DNA of 64,000 nucleotides, taken from an uncultured Acidobacteriota bacterium. Lineage in GTDB: Bacteria > Acidobacteriota > Terriglobia > Bryobacterales > Bryobacteraceae. The stretch spans positions 75,063 to 139,062 of the forward strand of contig CAWKLV010000034.1 in the NCBI GenBank assembly GCA_963850575.1, in the 5' to 3' direction. The notes beneath the pieces are model-generated. The model saw only the letters and a program-made list of their open reading frames with translations, searched no databases and was not told the DNA's origin. A program made the position numbers and the translations under genes. Each line of letters opens with the position of its first letter. Within the stretch, counting starts at the first letter, position 1. Below are positions 1 through 10,532 of this stretch, piece after piece.

Positions 1-182
1 GACTCCAGCCGCACTCCCCCGCTCGACACACTCATCTCCAGCCCCTCCATCCGGCGCATCTCGGCCGCGACGTTCCACTCCCGCAGCAAGCGCTCGATCT
101 CAGCCGGTTCATGATCCTCCAGGAACTCGCGCGAGACCTGGGCGGCATAGACGTCGTCACCGGACCCAGCAGATATTTTCAC
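1..182 (-). CDS. hypothetical protein, N-terminal part only (runs off the window start)
   Basis: The reverse strand is open from GTG at 182..180 to position 1 (about 60 codons, VKISAGSGDDVYAAQVSREFLEDHEPAEIERLLREW...). Same orientation as the upstream MerR and lipoprotein genes. No recognisable family. Confidence 0.3.
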   Translation of the reverse strand, partial: MKISAGSGDDVYAAQVSREFLEDHEPAEIERLLREWNVAAEMRRMEGLEMSVSSGGVRLE

Positions 183-268
183 GGAACCGGATGGAGTTTC
201 GCTCAGCACCGCTCCCGGGAATTCCGTCTGAAAATAGCGCAGCAAGGCGGAGTGCCGCGACTGATCGC

Positions 269-559
269 TCATTGCTGACCGGCGCTAGGTGCTGGCCCGC
301 CGGTTCCACCGTTCGATTCCGACGGGCTTTGCGCATTGCCGGTCTCGGCGGATGCGCCGCTGCCCGCCACCGGACCCAATCCACCTGCCCCGCTCGAACT
401 TCCCGTGCCGCTTGCGCCAGGCACGCGTGCCGAGTGACCCTCGTTGGCGCTGATACCGCCACCGCCCGTATCGCGATCGCTGGTCCCCACATTGGCTCCG
501 CAGCCACCCAGTATCAGCGCGCTGGCTATCGCACAAACTACCGCCGCACGTGTCCTCAT
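269..559 (-). CDS. putative lipoprotein, Gly/Ser-rich
   Basis: The 96-aa ORF starts MRTRAAVVCAIASALILGGC (signal peptide plus lipobox L-x-G-C). The rest is low-complexity G/S/A. Confidence 0.5.
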   Translation of the reverse strand: MRTRAAVVCAIASALILGGCGANVGTSDRDTGGGGISANEGHSARVPGASGTGSSSGAGGLGPVAGSGASAETGNAQSPSESNGGTGGPAPSAGQQ

Positions 560-568
560 GCGTTGAGT

Positions 569-964
569 TTACTTCAGGATCTTCAGAATGGCCACTAACT
601 CGGCGCGGATCTTGTCGACTCCAGGCGTAGGCTTGGGAAACAATTCACCCTGCGCTACCGCTGCCGGGTTTACCGCTTCCGCTTTGGGCTTTTCGCGAAC
701 TTCCAGCCACTTGCGGGCGCCTTCAATGGTGTACCGCTTGGCATACAGCAGGTGCTTGATCTCGAGCACCAGTTCCACGTCTTTGCGGCGGAACAGGCGC
801 TGCCCCTTGCCGGATTTCTTGGGGCCCAGCCCGGGAAATTGGCTTTCCCAGAATCGGAGGACGTAGGGCTTGACACCAGTGAGTCTACTGACTTCGCCGA
901 TGCGGAAATACAGCTTGTCCGGAATGTTTGGCTCTGCCGGCGTCGGGGCTGGTTCCGCCATCAA
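569..964 (-). CDS. MerR family transcriptional regulator
   Basis: N-terminal HTH YFRIGEVSRLTGVKPYVLRFWESQF...RLFRRKDVELVLEIKHLLY is typical of the MerR family. Confidence 0.85.
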   Translation of the reverse strand: MMAEPAPTPAEPNIPDKLYFRIGEVSRLTGVKPYVLRFWESQFPGLGPKKSGKGQRLFRRKDVELVLEIKHLLYAKRYTIEGARKWLEVREKPKAEAVNPAAVAQGELFPKPTPGVDKIRAELVAILKILK

Positions 965-979
965 GATACCATTATTCTA

Positions 980-1705
980 ATGGCGATTCTAGCCGGAATC
1001 CATCCCGTTCATGAAGCGCTGAAGGCGCGGCGGCCTTTAGACCGCGTGCTAGTGGCCCGCGGCGCCGGGGGTCCCAAGCTCCAGGAAATCATTGAACTTT
1101 GTCGCCAGCAGGGAATTTCGGTCCGGTTCGAACCCCGCGAAGCCCTCGACCGCGTGGCGTCCACCGGCACACATCAGGGACTGGTCGCGTTCGGCGCGGC
1201 CCGTGCTTACGCCGACCTCGATGACGTCATTGAGAGCGCTCACATGCTCGTGCTTTTGGATGGCGTGGAGGATCCGCACAACCTGGGAGCCGTAATCCGA
1301 ACCGTGAATGCCGCGGGCGCCGATGCAGTGTTGATTCCTGACCGGCGGGCGGCGAGTTTGACGGACACCGTCGCCAAGGCTTCGGCGGGAGCCATTGAAT
1401 ATACGCCCGTTGTACGCATTGGCAATGTCAGCCAGAGTCTCGAGAAGTTGAAACAACGTGGATTTTGGATCTTTGGATTGGACGAGCGCGGCTCACAGCC
1501 TTACGACCAGTTGGAGTTTGCCGACCGTTCGGTGATGGTCCTCGGCGCGGAAGGTAAAGGGCTTCACGCACTCGTAAAGAAACACTGTGACATCCTCTTG
1601 CATATTCCCATGTCCGGCCAGATCGCGTCACTGAATGTTTCCGTGGCCGCCGGTGTCGTGCTTTTCGAGTGGCGCCGGCGATCTAAAATCGTAAACCGCT
1701 CGTAA
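980..1705 (+). CDS. rlmB: 23S rRNA (guanosine-2'-O)-methyltransferase, SpoU/TrmH family (RlmB-like)
   Basis: I start at the internal ATG at 980 (MAILAGIHPVHEAL...) because the upstream part of ORF 752..1705 overlaps the MerR gene. SpoU motifs are present: LVLLDGVEDPHNLGAVIRT, VMVLGAEGKGL, IPMSGQIASLNVSVAAGV. Confidence 0.85.
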   Translation: MAILAGIHPVHEALKARRPLDRVLVARGAGGPKLQEIIELCRQQGISVRFEPREALDRVASTGTHQGLVAFGAARAYADLDDVIESAHMLVLLDGVEDPHNLGAVIRTVNAAGADAVLIPDRRAASLTDTVAKASAGAIEYTPVVRIGNVSQSLEKLKQRGFWIFGLDERGSQPYDQLEFADRSVMVLGAEGKGLHALVKKHCDILLHIPMSGQIASLNVSVAAGVVLFEWRRRSKIVNRS

Positions 1706-1729
1706 TGTCAGTTAGACATCATCTATTGC

Positions 1730-2194
1730 ATGGCCTCCGAGTTTGTATTGATGGAACCCGATCGTCTCCTCGATGAATCCGGACTTGAAATTCTCCGCGC
1801 ACTGCAGGATAACGCCCGCATCTCGTTTGCGGAACTGGGACGCAAGGTCGGGCTCTCCGCCCCGGCTATCGGCGATCGGGTCCGCAAAATGGAAGAGGCC
1901 GGAATTATCGCGGGATATCACGCCCGCGTCAATTCAGCAAAGATCGGCAATCCGGTTACGGCCTACGCACGGCTGCGCGTGGATCGAGAACACTTCCAGC
2001 GTATCATCGCCTTGGCGCGAGATCTTCCGGAGGTGCGCGAGTGCCACCACGCGGCGGGCGATGACGCATTTCTGTTAAAGCTAGTGGCCAGTTCGGAGGC
2101 TCGTCTGAATGATATATTGCAGGCGTTTCGCCGTTTTGGCGATGTCCACACTTTGATGATTCTCTCAACGCCGGTCGAGAAGTACTCGACATAG
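1730..2194 (+). CDS. Lrp/AsnC family transcriptional regulator
   Basis: LDESGLEILRALQDNARISFAELGRKVGLSAPAIGDRVRKMEEAGII HTH followed by an AsnC-type ligand-binding domain; 154 aa. Confidence 0.85.
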   Translation: MASEFVLMEPDRLLDESGLEILRALQDNARISFAELGRKVGLSAPAIGDRVRKMEEAGIIAGYHARVNSAKIGNPVTAYARLRVDREHFQRIIALARDLPEVRECHHAAGDDAFLLKLVASSEARLNDILQAFRRFGDVHTLMILSTPVEKYST

Positions 2195-2222
2195 TAGAAT
2201 TGAGCCTGTGTGGTTTCAAGCG

Positions 2223-3893
2223 ATGGCACGACGGCCAATTCTGTTGCTCGCGCTCGTCTCGACGCTGGTGCTTCAAGCCCGTCAGCCGGTTCGAGTCCGG
2301 CATGCGATGGTCACAGCGCAGGAGCCGCTTGCGACAGACGTAGGCGTCGCCGTGTTGCAGGGCGGCGGAAATGCGGTGGATGCCGCCGTTGCCGTTGGAT
2401 TTGCTCTCGCCGTAACTCATCCGTCGGCGGGAAACATTGGCGGGGGCGGGTTCATGCTTGCTCGATTCGCCGACGGCCGGAGCACATTTATCGATTTTCG
2501 GGAGGCTGCCCCAGGTATTGCATCCCGCGACATGTACGTGGACGCGGATGGGAAAACGACGCGGGACAGCATCGAGGGTTGGCGTGCGGCGGGTGTTCCA
2601 GGCAGCATTCGCGGGTTCGAGTTTGCGCAGAAAAAATACGGAAAGAAATCATGGGCCGAACTGGTCCGCCCGGCGATTGAATTAGCGAAGAATGGTTTCC
2701 CGGTCTCTTACGGTTTGGCGGAAGGTTTGCGTTCAAACACGCTGCTTCCGAAGTTCCCCGAATCGAAGCGCATCTTTCTCAAGGACGGTTCGTTCTATGA
2801 AATGGACGATGTTCTGAAGCAGCCCGAACTGGCCAACACACTGGAGCGGATCGCGCGTCTGGGCGCCGATGAATTCTATAAAGGCGAAACCGCCAAGACT
2901 CTGGCCGCGGAGATGGCCAGGAACGGCGGGCTGATCACGCTGGAAGACCTGGAGCAGTACCAGGCTGTAGAGCGGAAGCCACTAGAGGGAAACTACAAGG
3001 GTTATCACTTGATCGTCGCGCCTCCTCCAAGTTCCGGAGGCATCGGCATACTCCAGATGCTCGGCATGCTGGAGAACTCCGGTTACGAGAAGTCCGGTTC
3101 CGGTTCTGCGGCCTCCATCCACTACGTCGCCGAAACAATGCGGCGCTATTACGCCGACCGCAGCGAATACCTCGGCGATCCCGATTTCTATAAGGTGCCT
3201 GTCCGCGGTCTGTTAGATCCGGAGTACATCCACAAGCGTGCCGCCTCCATCGATCGCGATCACGCCACGCTCAGCGACCAACTCGGTCCGGGCCAGCCGT
3301 CAATGCAGGAAAGCACGGAAACCACGCATTATAACGTCGTGGATGCTGAAGGAAACTCGGTCGCCGTTACTTATACGCTGAACGGCGGATATGGCAATGG
3401 CGTTACGGTGCCTGGACTAGGATTCCTATTGAACAACGAGATGGACGATTTCGCAGCGAAGCCGGGCGAGCCGAATATGTTCGGACTCGTGCAGGGAGAA
3501 TCGAACGCCATAGGGCCGCATAAACGGCCGCTCTCGTCGATGACCCCGGCGATTGTTACGCGCGACGGCAAGCTCGAGATGATCCTGGGCGCGCCGGGCG
3601 GTTCGCGTATCATCACGGCCGTCATGCAGGTCTTCTTGAATGTCGTCGACTTCGGAATGAATGTTCAGGACGCGGTTGATGCGCCGCGATTTCATCATCA
3701 ATGGAAGCCCGATCGCCTCGAAGTCGAACGCGGAATTTCGCCTGACACCATCGCCCTGCTCAAGCAGCGCGGGCACATCATCGACGATCTGCGCTATGCC
3801 GTCATCGCTCGCGTCGAAGCCATACGGTCGAGTAACGGCCTGCTGGAAGGTGGCTCAGATGGGCGGGCAGTGGGCAAGGCAGCCGGGTATTGA
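2223..3893 (+). CDS. ggt: gamma-glutamyltransferase
   Basis: Signal peptide MARRPILLLALVSTLVL. GGT motifs GGNAVDAAVAVGFALAVTHP and catalytic-Thr region ETTHYNVVDAEGNSVAVTYTLNGGYG. ATG at 2223 is preferred over GTG at 2208. Confidence 0.9.
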   Translation: MARRPILLLALVSTLVLQARQPVRVRHAMVTAQEPLATDVGVAVLQGGGNAVDAAVAVGFALAVTHPSAGNIGGGGFMLARFADGRSTFIDFREAAPGIASRDMYVDADGKTTRDSIEGWRAAGVPGSIRGFEFAQKKYGKKSWAELVRPAIELAKNGFPVSYGLAEGLRSNTLLPKFPESKRIFLKDGSFYEMDDVLKQPELANTLERIARLGADEFYKGETAKTLAAEMARNGGLITLEDLEQYQAVERKPLEGNYKGYHLIVAPPPSSGGIGILQMLGMLENSGYEKSGSGSAASIHYVAETMRRYYADRSEYLGDPDFYKVPVRGLLDPEYIHKRAASIDRDHATLSDQLGPGQPSMQESTETTHYNVVDAEGNSVAVTYTLNGGYGNGVTVPGLGFLLNNEMDDFAAKPGEPNMFGLVQGESNAIGPHKRPLSSMTPAIVTRDGKLEMILGAPGGSRIITAVMQVFLNVVDFGMNVQDAVDAPRFHHQWKPDRLEVERGISPDTIALLKQRGHIIDDLRYAVIARVEAIRSSNGLLEGGSDGRAVGKAAGY

Positions 3894-3897
3894 TTTG

Positions 3898-4755
3898 ATG
3901 AATCACGTTCTTTCTACTCACTTGTTCGTAAATCATCGCCTCACCTCGGTCTGGTTGGATCGAATTTGGGATGCGGGCATACCGGCCGTCGAAATATTTT
4001 GCGCACGCCAGCACTTCGATTGGCGCGATGCTGGACAGATCCGCGAACTCGGCCACTGGTTCCGCGACTCGAAGTTGGAGCTGCATTCTCTTCACTCTCC
4101 GATGTATACCGATCACATCTGGGGGCGCTCGGGTCCGCAGTCCATTGTTACAATTACCGAGCCCACGAAGAGAAAGCGTATCGAGAGCGTCGACGAGATC
4201 AAGCGCGCAATCGAGGTCGCTGAGATCATTCCTTTCCGGTACCTGATCCAGCATATTGGCGTATCCGGCGAAGAGTATGATCAACGCAAGGTGGACGCTG
4301 CGTTCACCGGCATGGAGGAGTTGACCGTTTTTGCCCGCCAGCGCGGCGTAGAGATATTGGCGGAAAACACTCCGAACGGAATGTCCTCGGCTCACGAGCT
4401 GGTGCGGTTTACCGAGCAGACACACTTGAAGCTGAATTTCTGTTTCGACGTGGGTCACGCGCACATGAACGAAGGGGTCGAATCCGCTTACGGGATCATG
4501 AAGGATCGTATCCGCTCCACTCACCTCCATGACAATAATGGAAGCGAGGATCAACATCTCTTTCCCCTGGCGTCGACCAGCGGCGGCATCGACTGGCGGA
4601 CGACGATGGACCTGCTCCGCTCGCGCCCGAATCAATATCCGCTGCTGCTTGAGCTGAGGGAGGTCCCCAGCATTGAGAACCCGATTGGCGTGGTTCGCGG
4701 CATCTTCGACCAGCTGGAGGAGTTGCCGGCGCCGGAGAACACGAACAGGCGGTAA
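3898..4755 (+). CDS. sugar phosphate isomerase/epimerase (xylose-isomerase-like TIM barrel)
   Basis: Internal ATG at 3898, just after the ggt stop. AP-endonuclease-2/TIM-barrel-like pattern (IPAVEIF..., YLIQHIGV, EILAENTP, FCFDVGHAH). Confidence 0.7.
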   Translation: MNHVLSTHLFVNHRLTSVWLDRIWDAGIPAVEIFCARQHFDWRDAGQIRELGHWFRDSKLELHSLHSPMYTDHIWGRSGPQSIVTITEPTKRKRIESVDEIKRAIEVAEIIPFRYLIQHIGVSGEEYDQRKVDAAFTGMEELTVFARQRGVEILAENTPNGMSSAHELVRFTEQTHLKLNFCFDVGHAHMNEGVESAYGIMKDRIRSTHLHDNNGSEDQHLFPLASTSGGIDWRTTMDLLRSRPNQYPLLLELREVPSIENPIGVVRGIFDQLEELPAPENTNRR

Positions 4756-6090
4756 TGGAAACCACAGATACGAAGATAGCGGCGGCGCCGCGCATCACCA
4801 TCGCGGACGCTCGAAACCATGTAGGACAGACGGTTGAGATCGCCGGATGGTTATACAATCTGCGCAAGTCCGGCAAGATCGTCTTTCCTCAACTGCGCGA
4901 CGGCACAGGGATTATTCAGGGCGTAGCAGTGAAAAGCGCTGCTACCCGAGGAAACCTTTGAGCAGCTCAAGAACCTGACCCAGGAATCGTCCTTACGCGT
5001 CACCGGTAAGGTGCGTGAAGAGCAACGAGCACAGGGCGGCTACGAGCTGGATATCGAAAGCGCCCATGTTGAGCAGCGAGTGCCCGAATCGGCAGCTTAC
5101 CCCATCACTCCCAAAGAACATGGCGTTGATTTCCTCATGGATCATCGCCACCTGTGGATCCGCAGCCGCCGCCAGCATGCCATTCTGCGCATCCGTCACG
5201 AGGTGATCAAGGGCATCCGCGATTACTTCGATTCTCACGGCTTCACTTTGGTGGACACGCCGATCTTCACGCCCGCCGCGTGCGAGGGAACCACCACGCT
5301 GTTCCCCGTGCAGTACTTCGAGGACGAGACGGTGTATCTGACGCAGTCCGGTCAGTTATACAACGAAGCCACGGCCATGGCTTTCGGAAAGGTGTACTGC
5401 TTCGGGCCGACGTTCCGCGCCGAGAAATCGAAGACCCGGCGTCATCTCACCGAGTTCTGGATGGTGGAACCCGAGATGGCGTATGCCACTCTCGAAGACG
5501 TCAAGCGTGTCGCGGAAGAGATGATCGTCTTCGTGGCGGGACGCGTCATCGAGAACCGGCGTACCGAACTCGAGATTTTGGAGCGCGACGTCAGCAAGCT
5601 GGAGGCGATCAAAGCGCCGTTTCACCGCATGAGCTACGACGATGCGGTAAAGAAGTTGCAAACCAAAGGCAGCGAGATCGAGTGGGGCGGCGATTTCGGC
5701 GGGGCCGATGAAACGCTGCTTACGGAGGACCTCGATCGCCCATTGATGGTGGACCGCTACCCCGCGCAGGTAAAGGCATTCTACTTTCAAACTGATCCGG
5801 ACCGTCCAGAACTGGCGCTCGGCGTCGACGTAATTGCGCCCGAAGGGTATGGCGAAGTCATCGGCGGTGGCCAGCGCGTTCACGATTTGGATCTCCTGCT
5901 CAAGCGCTTGGAAGAACACAAGCTGCCGCGGGAGGCTTTCGAGTGGTATCTGGACCTCCGTAAGTACGGTTCGGTTCCGCACGCCGGATTCGGAATGGGA
6001 GTGGAGCGCTTCGTCGCATGGATGTGCGGGACCGAGCATATCCGCGAGACCATCGCTTTCCCGCGCATGCTGTATAGGACCCGGCCTTAA
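4755..6090 (+). CDS. asnS: asparagine--tRNA ligase, reading frame broken once near 4932-4940
   Basis: ORFs 4755..4961 (N-terminal OB fold: [29 protein letters not shown]) and 5011..6090 (class II core: [44 protein letters not shown]) join in frame if one A of the aaaa run at 4932-4935 is removed. Total length is 3n+1. Confidence 0.85.
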
Positions 6091-6093
6091 CCC

Positions 6094-7008
6094 ATGCGCC
6101 GGTCCAAAATCGCGATCATCGGCGCGCCGATGGATCTGGGTGCGGGGCGCAGGGGAGTGGACATGGGTCCCTCGGCATTGCGCGTCGCGAACCTGAACGA
6201 GAAACTCGTGTCCCTGGGCTACAGCGTAGAAGACCTCGGGAATATTAACGTGGTTCAGGCCGAGAGCGTTCGGGAAGGAACCACGTCTGCTCGCTACCTG
6301 CAAGAGATCGCGACTACCTGTACGAGGCTTGCCGAAATCGTTGAAACGGCGGTGGACAACGGCAAGTTCCCGATCGTGCTCGGCGGCGATCATTCGATCG
6401 CTGTGGGCACGGTCTCCGGTCTATCCAATCATTATCGCAAGCAGGGAGAGAAGATCGGGTTGGTATGGGTGGACGCACACGCCGACATGAACACGCCGGA
6501 AACCAGCCCTAGTGGCAACGTTCATGGTATGCCGCTGGCCTGCTGCATCGGCATGGGCCCCCCGGAGTTGACCAGCATCTACGGTTACGCTCCGAAGGTG
6601 GAAGCGCGCAACGTGGCCTTAATCTGCCTACGCTCCGTCGATGCCAACGAGCGCCGGAACGTTCAGAAGGCCGGCGTCCACGCCTACACGATGCGCGACA
6701 TCGACGAGCGCGGGCTCCGCGCTATTATGCAGGAAGCTCTGGAGATCGTGAACGACGGTACGGAAGGCTTTCACCTTTCGTTCGACATGGATTCCGTAGA
6801 GCCGCAGGAAGCGCCCGGCGTAGGCACTCCGGTGAAGGGCGGTATGACGTACCGGGAAGCGCACTTGGCCATGGAAAATATCTGCGATTGCGATCGCATG
6901 CTGGGGCTCGAAGTCGTGGAAGTGAATCCCGTGATTGATGAGGCGAACCGCACCGCCATCCTTGCGGTGGAATTGGCGATGTCGGTGTTAGGCAAAAGAA
7001 TTCTTTGA
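6094..7008 (+). CDS. rocF: arginase
   Basis: Ureohydrolase motifs GGDHSIAVGT, VWVDAHADMNTP, SFDMDSVEP, VEVNP. Whole-length arginase-like. Confidence 0.85.
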   Translation: MRRSKIAIIGAPMDLGAGRRGVDMGPSALRVANLNEKLVSLGYSVEDLGNINVVQAESVREGTTSARYLQEIATTCTRLAEIVETAVDNGKFPIVLGGDHSIAVGTVSGLSNHYRKQGEKIGLVWVDAHADMNTPETSPSGNVHGMPLACCIGMGPPELTSIYGYAPKVEARNVALICLRSVDANERRNVQKAGVHAYTMRDIDERGLRAIMQEALEIVNDGTEGFHLSFDMDSVEPQEAPGVGTPVKGGMTYREAHLAMENICDCDRMLGLEVVEVNPVIDEANRTAILAVELAMSVLGKRIL

Positions 7009-8003
7009 TGACAAATCAACCGCAAAGCAAATTGCGAGTGGCGTTAGTGTATGGCGGCCGCAGCGGCGAACACGAGATTTCGATTCGGTCCGCCAAGTCG
7101 ATCCTCGCGGCTCTCAATCCTGAAAAATACGACGTTACGGAATTCGTCATTTCGAAAGAGGGCCGTTGGCGGCCACATTCCATCTCGCCCGAGCCCGGCG
7201 GGAATCCCACCATCGACGTCGTCTTCCCCATCCTCCACGGTACTTTCGGCGAAGACGGAACCATACAGGGGCTGCTCGAGTTGGCAGAACTGCCGTACGT
7301 CAGCGCCGGCGTACTCGCGTCAGCGGTTTCGATGGATAAGGAGATGATGAAGCGGGTGTGCAAAGAACGCGGCTTGCCCATCGTGGAATACCTGATTCAG
7401 TATCGCGACAGCATTGAGGTGGACCGGATCTCTTCGCACCTTCCGTTTCCCGTCTTCGTGAAACCAGCGAACCTCGGGTCTTCCGTGGGTATCTCGAAGG
7501 CGCACAACTTCGCTGAGTTGGCGGTAGCTCTCCAGACCGCCGCCTTTTACGATCACAAGGTCATCGTGGAGCGAGGTGTTGAGGGCCGCGAATTTGAATG
7601 CTCCGTCATGGGCAACACGGATCCAGTTGCGGCGACGCCGTGCGAGATTCTCCCCTCCCGTGAGTTTTACGATTACGAGGACAAATATCTTCTGGACAAG
7701 GCTCAAACCGTACTGCCCGCCCGCCTCAGTGCGGAGCAGACGGATCACATGCGCTGGCTCGCGGTTCAATGCTACCGGGCGGTAGGTTGCGAGGTGATGG
7801 CACGTGTCGACTTCCTCATGGAGAGGGCCACGGGCCAGATCTTCATCAACGAAATAAACACCATTCCCGGATTTACCTCAATCAGCATGTTCCCGAAAAT
7901 GTGGGAACATGCCGGCATCTCTTATCCGGACTTGCTCGACCGGCTGATTGGACTGGCCCTGGAGCGCGCTGAATCCCGCAAGCAGACGCGCTATTCGAGA
8001 TAA
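7005..8003 (+). CDS. ddl: D-alanine--D-alanine ligase
   Basis: LRVALVYGGRSGEHEISIRSA, ATP-grasp region FVKPANLGSSVGISK, C-terminal INEINTIPGFT. The ATGA overlaps the arginase stop. Confidence 0.9.
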   Translation: MMTNQPQSKLRVALVYGGRSGEHEISIRSAKSILAALNPEKYDVTEFVISKEGRWRPHSISPEPGGNPTIDVVFPILHGTFGEDGTIQGLLELAELPYVSAGVLASAVSMDKEMMKRVCKERGLPIVEYLIQYRDSIEVDRISSHLPFPVFVKPANLGSSVGISKAHNFAELAVALQTAAFYDHKVIVERGVEGREFECSVMGNTDPVAATPCEILPSREFYDYEDKYLLDKAQTVLPARLSAEQTDHMRWLAVQCYRAVGCEVMARVDFLMERATGQIFINEINTIPGFTSISMFPKMWEHAGISYPDLLDRLIGLALERAESRKQTRYSR

Positions 8004-8041
8004 CGGTAACCTGCATAAAAGTGTTCCGTCCATCGATTTAC

Positions 8042-9515
8042 ATGCGTATACTTGCTCAGCCGGCGGCGCTCCTCATGAGTGCATGCCTGATCTGCGCGGG
8101 CGCCGAACCCCAGCCCCAACAAGTAGAGCGCGAACTCAAAAGATTCATCGACGCGTTCGCAGCGGTCGAAGCATCCTCGGCCGATTCCTTCAGCACCGAG
8201 CAGGCGTTCTATGCGGGCGCAATTCCGGCCATGTTGCGCAAGCTGGATCCTTTCTCGGCGTTTCTGGATCCCAGTCAATACGGGCAGTTGAAGGAAATGG
8301 AGAAGTCTGAGCGGAAAGGGTTCGGCAGCGTGGTATCGGTTCTTCCGGGCCGGGTGATCATTCTACAGACGTTGCCCGGTACGCCGTCGGCCAAAGCCGG
8401 ACTCTCGGCTGGCGATGAGATCCTCATCATCAATAACATCCCCCTGAATCGCCTCACCTTTGACCAGTTGCTGCAGTTATTGACTGAAGCACGGCAGCAT
8501 GAGGCGCGACTGGACGTGCGCAGACCCGGAAACGCCCGCCTGCTCCAGTTCACGCTTTCACCGGAGCTCATGGACGCGCCGAGCGTGGATCGTTCGTATC
8601 TCCTAAAGCCGGGCATCGGGTACGTTCGAGTGGCCAGCTTCGAGCCGAAGACCGGCGCTTTGCTGAAGTCGAGCATTGAAGCACTTGGCGGCACGGACCT
8701 GAAGGGTCTGGTCATCGATCTCCGCAATAATCCAGGCGGGGTGGTCCAGGCAGCGATGGAGGTCGCGGCACTGTTCCTGAAGCCGGGCCAAATCATTCTG
8801 AGCGTCCGAGGAAGGTCCACGCAAGACGATACCGGTGAAGGTGCCAGACAAGGTCGTACCCTACGGTTTTCCCGTCGCGATTCTCATCAATGGCAAGAGC
8901 GCAAGCGCTTCGGAAATCGTTACGGGCGCTCTGCAGGACCACGACCGCGCCACCATATTGGGCGAGCCGAGCTACGGGAAGGGGCTGGTGCAGAGCGTGT
9001 ACAATCTCTCGCAGAACACTGCGCTGGCTCTGACCACTGCGTTCTACTACACGCCGAGCGGCCGTTCCATACAGAAACCGATCGCAGGCGGTCAGTTGGA
9101 TCCGGTGAAGTTCGCGGGCAAGGGCGAGCACCGCACCGACTCCGGCCGTGTGGTTCAAGGCGGGGGTGGGATACAGCCCGATGAGATAGTGCTGCCGGAG
9201 CAAATGACGCGATTGCGGATGGCGCTGGAGGCCAGCGGATCCTTCACTTCGTTCGCGACGGAGTACGTGCAAAAGCATAAGATCGCGGAGAATTTCGAAA
9301 TGACTTCGACGATTTTGGACGACTTCAAGGTGTATCTGTCGGAACACAACATCCAGCCCCCGGTCGGCGATTGGCTGACCGACCGGGCCTGGATTGAAAA
9401 CCGCCTGAAACAGGAAATTGTGAACCTGGTCTTTGGCGTTGCTAAAGGCGACGAGGTGGAAGCGCAACGCGATGCCGTAATTCAACGCGCCGTCGCATCG
9501 CTGGCTCGAAAATAG
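8042..9515 (+). CDS. S41 family carboxyl-terminal processing peptidase, one frameshift near 8820-8832
   Basis: ORF 8021..9184 carries the signal peptide, a PDZ region ([36 protein letters not shown]) and [14 protein letters not shown] 8835..9515 continues with [35 protein letters not shown] (catalytic Ser/Lys region). Length is 3n+1. Confidence 0.8.
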
Positions 9516-9608
9516 GATTTTCGCCCCGACGGCTTGGTTGCCGACTGGGTCGGTGAGTAAAACCAACGCAGGCTAGCTTTTCATCGCCAGGCCGAATCAC
9601 TGCCTGAG

Positions 9609-10283
9609 TCAGTGACAGTCGTTGTGCAATGGGTCAGGCGCAGGCGGGCCTGCAATGCAGGGAATCGCGCTTAGATATGTGTAAACGGCAAGAAGGTCGC
9701 GGTCAGTCATGTTGTGGTAGATCGGCCAGGGCATGATCTGCAGACGAGAGCCGTCGAATGGAGGCGGGATGCACTTCCGGTTGGGGGCACCGACACAGGT
9801 CGGATGGAGGTGATCCATGTCCACGCCTGTTCTGATGATCTGAACAAACTGCGCAAATGTGTGGCCTCCCTCGGGTAATCCGGTCTTGTCCGGCGTCAGA
9901 TTGCGCGAGATGATGTGTGGAAACGGACCCGGCCCTGGAAATGGACCAAAGTCCCTTCCGCCCCCGAGGTAGGTGTCCGGATTGATCTTGGTAGGGTGCT
10001 GGCCGAAGTAAGGATTTCCACCCATGACAAATTCGGTCTCGGGCGCCTTGCTGTGGCAGCCATTGCAGTCGGCTTGCGCGTTTACGATGTAACTGCCGAG
10101 CCCAACCAGCGCCCGATTTTTGCCTGCCAGATTTAGGCGCACAGGCGTTATCGCGAAACCCTGCTGGATCTTTGATTGTTCGCTATCGCCATCGTTCTCG
10201 CCATCGTCCGCGTGCAGTTGTGGCGACCTGAGCAATATTCCTCCTGCGGCGATCAAAGCAAGCCCCGCGCCTGCTCCCATCAT
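9609..10283 (-). CDS. cytochrome c family protein (single CxxCH)
   Basis: CNGCH heme-binding motif and an N-terminal hydrophobic segment MMGAGAGLALIAAGGILL. The start is set at the internal Met; upstream ORF sequence is not protein-like. Confidence 0.55.
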   Translation of the reverse strand: MMGAGAGLALIAAGGILLRSPQLHADDGENDGDSEQSKIQQGFAITPVRLNLAGKNRALVGLGSYIVNAQADCNGCHSKAPETEFVMGGNPYFGQHPTKINPDTYLGGGRDFGPFPGPGPFPHIISRNLTPDKTGLPEGGHTFAQFVQIIRTGVDMDHLHPTCVGAPNRKCIPPPFDGSRLQIMPWPIYHNMTDRDLLAVYTYLSAIPCIAGPPAPDPLHNDCH

Positions 10284-10532
10284 CGATTTGAAAACTGAAT
10301 TGGTGTCATGACAAGTCTCCTGGCGCCCGGTCCTTCGTGTGATTTCCGAGCAGGTGAAAGTGTACACCGCACTAACTCCCAATTCAAGGGTGATTCCGGT
10401 TGCAGCCGAGTTAGACGGCCGAAGTACTGATGGCGCAATCCTCTTCAAGGGAAAGAGCGCCAGCGCGTCGGGCCTTTACGAGTGAGTCACCTTGTCTTCC
10501 GGACGAGCATGGAGTCGTGTTCCGCGCTCAAG

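Noticed and set aside
157-598. ORFs 157..507 (-), 191..598 (+) and 285..536 (-).
   Set aside because: They overlap the lipoprotein ORF, which has a proper signal peptide and lipobox. Their compositions are Arg/Ala-rich shadow-like.
2285-2305. tRNA T-arm-like sequence GCCGG-TTCGAGT-CCGGC.
   Set aside because: It lies inside the ggt signal-peptide/N-terminal coding region. The flanks provide no acceptor-stem complementarity or anticodon arm.
3802-4635. 277-aa minus-strand ORF, with similar antisense ORFs at 8793..9566, 31399..32250, 41505..42407, 45634..46425 and 49874..50509.
   Set aside because: Each overlaps a well-supported gene on the other strand and shows no family signature.
5356-6393. 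345-aa minus-strand ORF.
   Set aside because: It is antisense to asnS and arginase, both of which have unambiguous family motifs. It is a shadow ORF.
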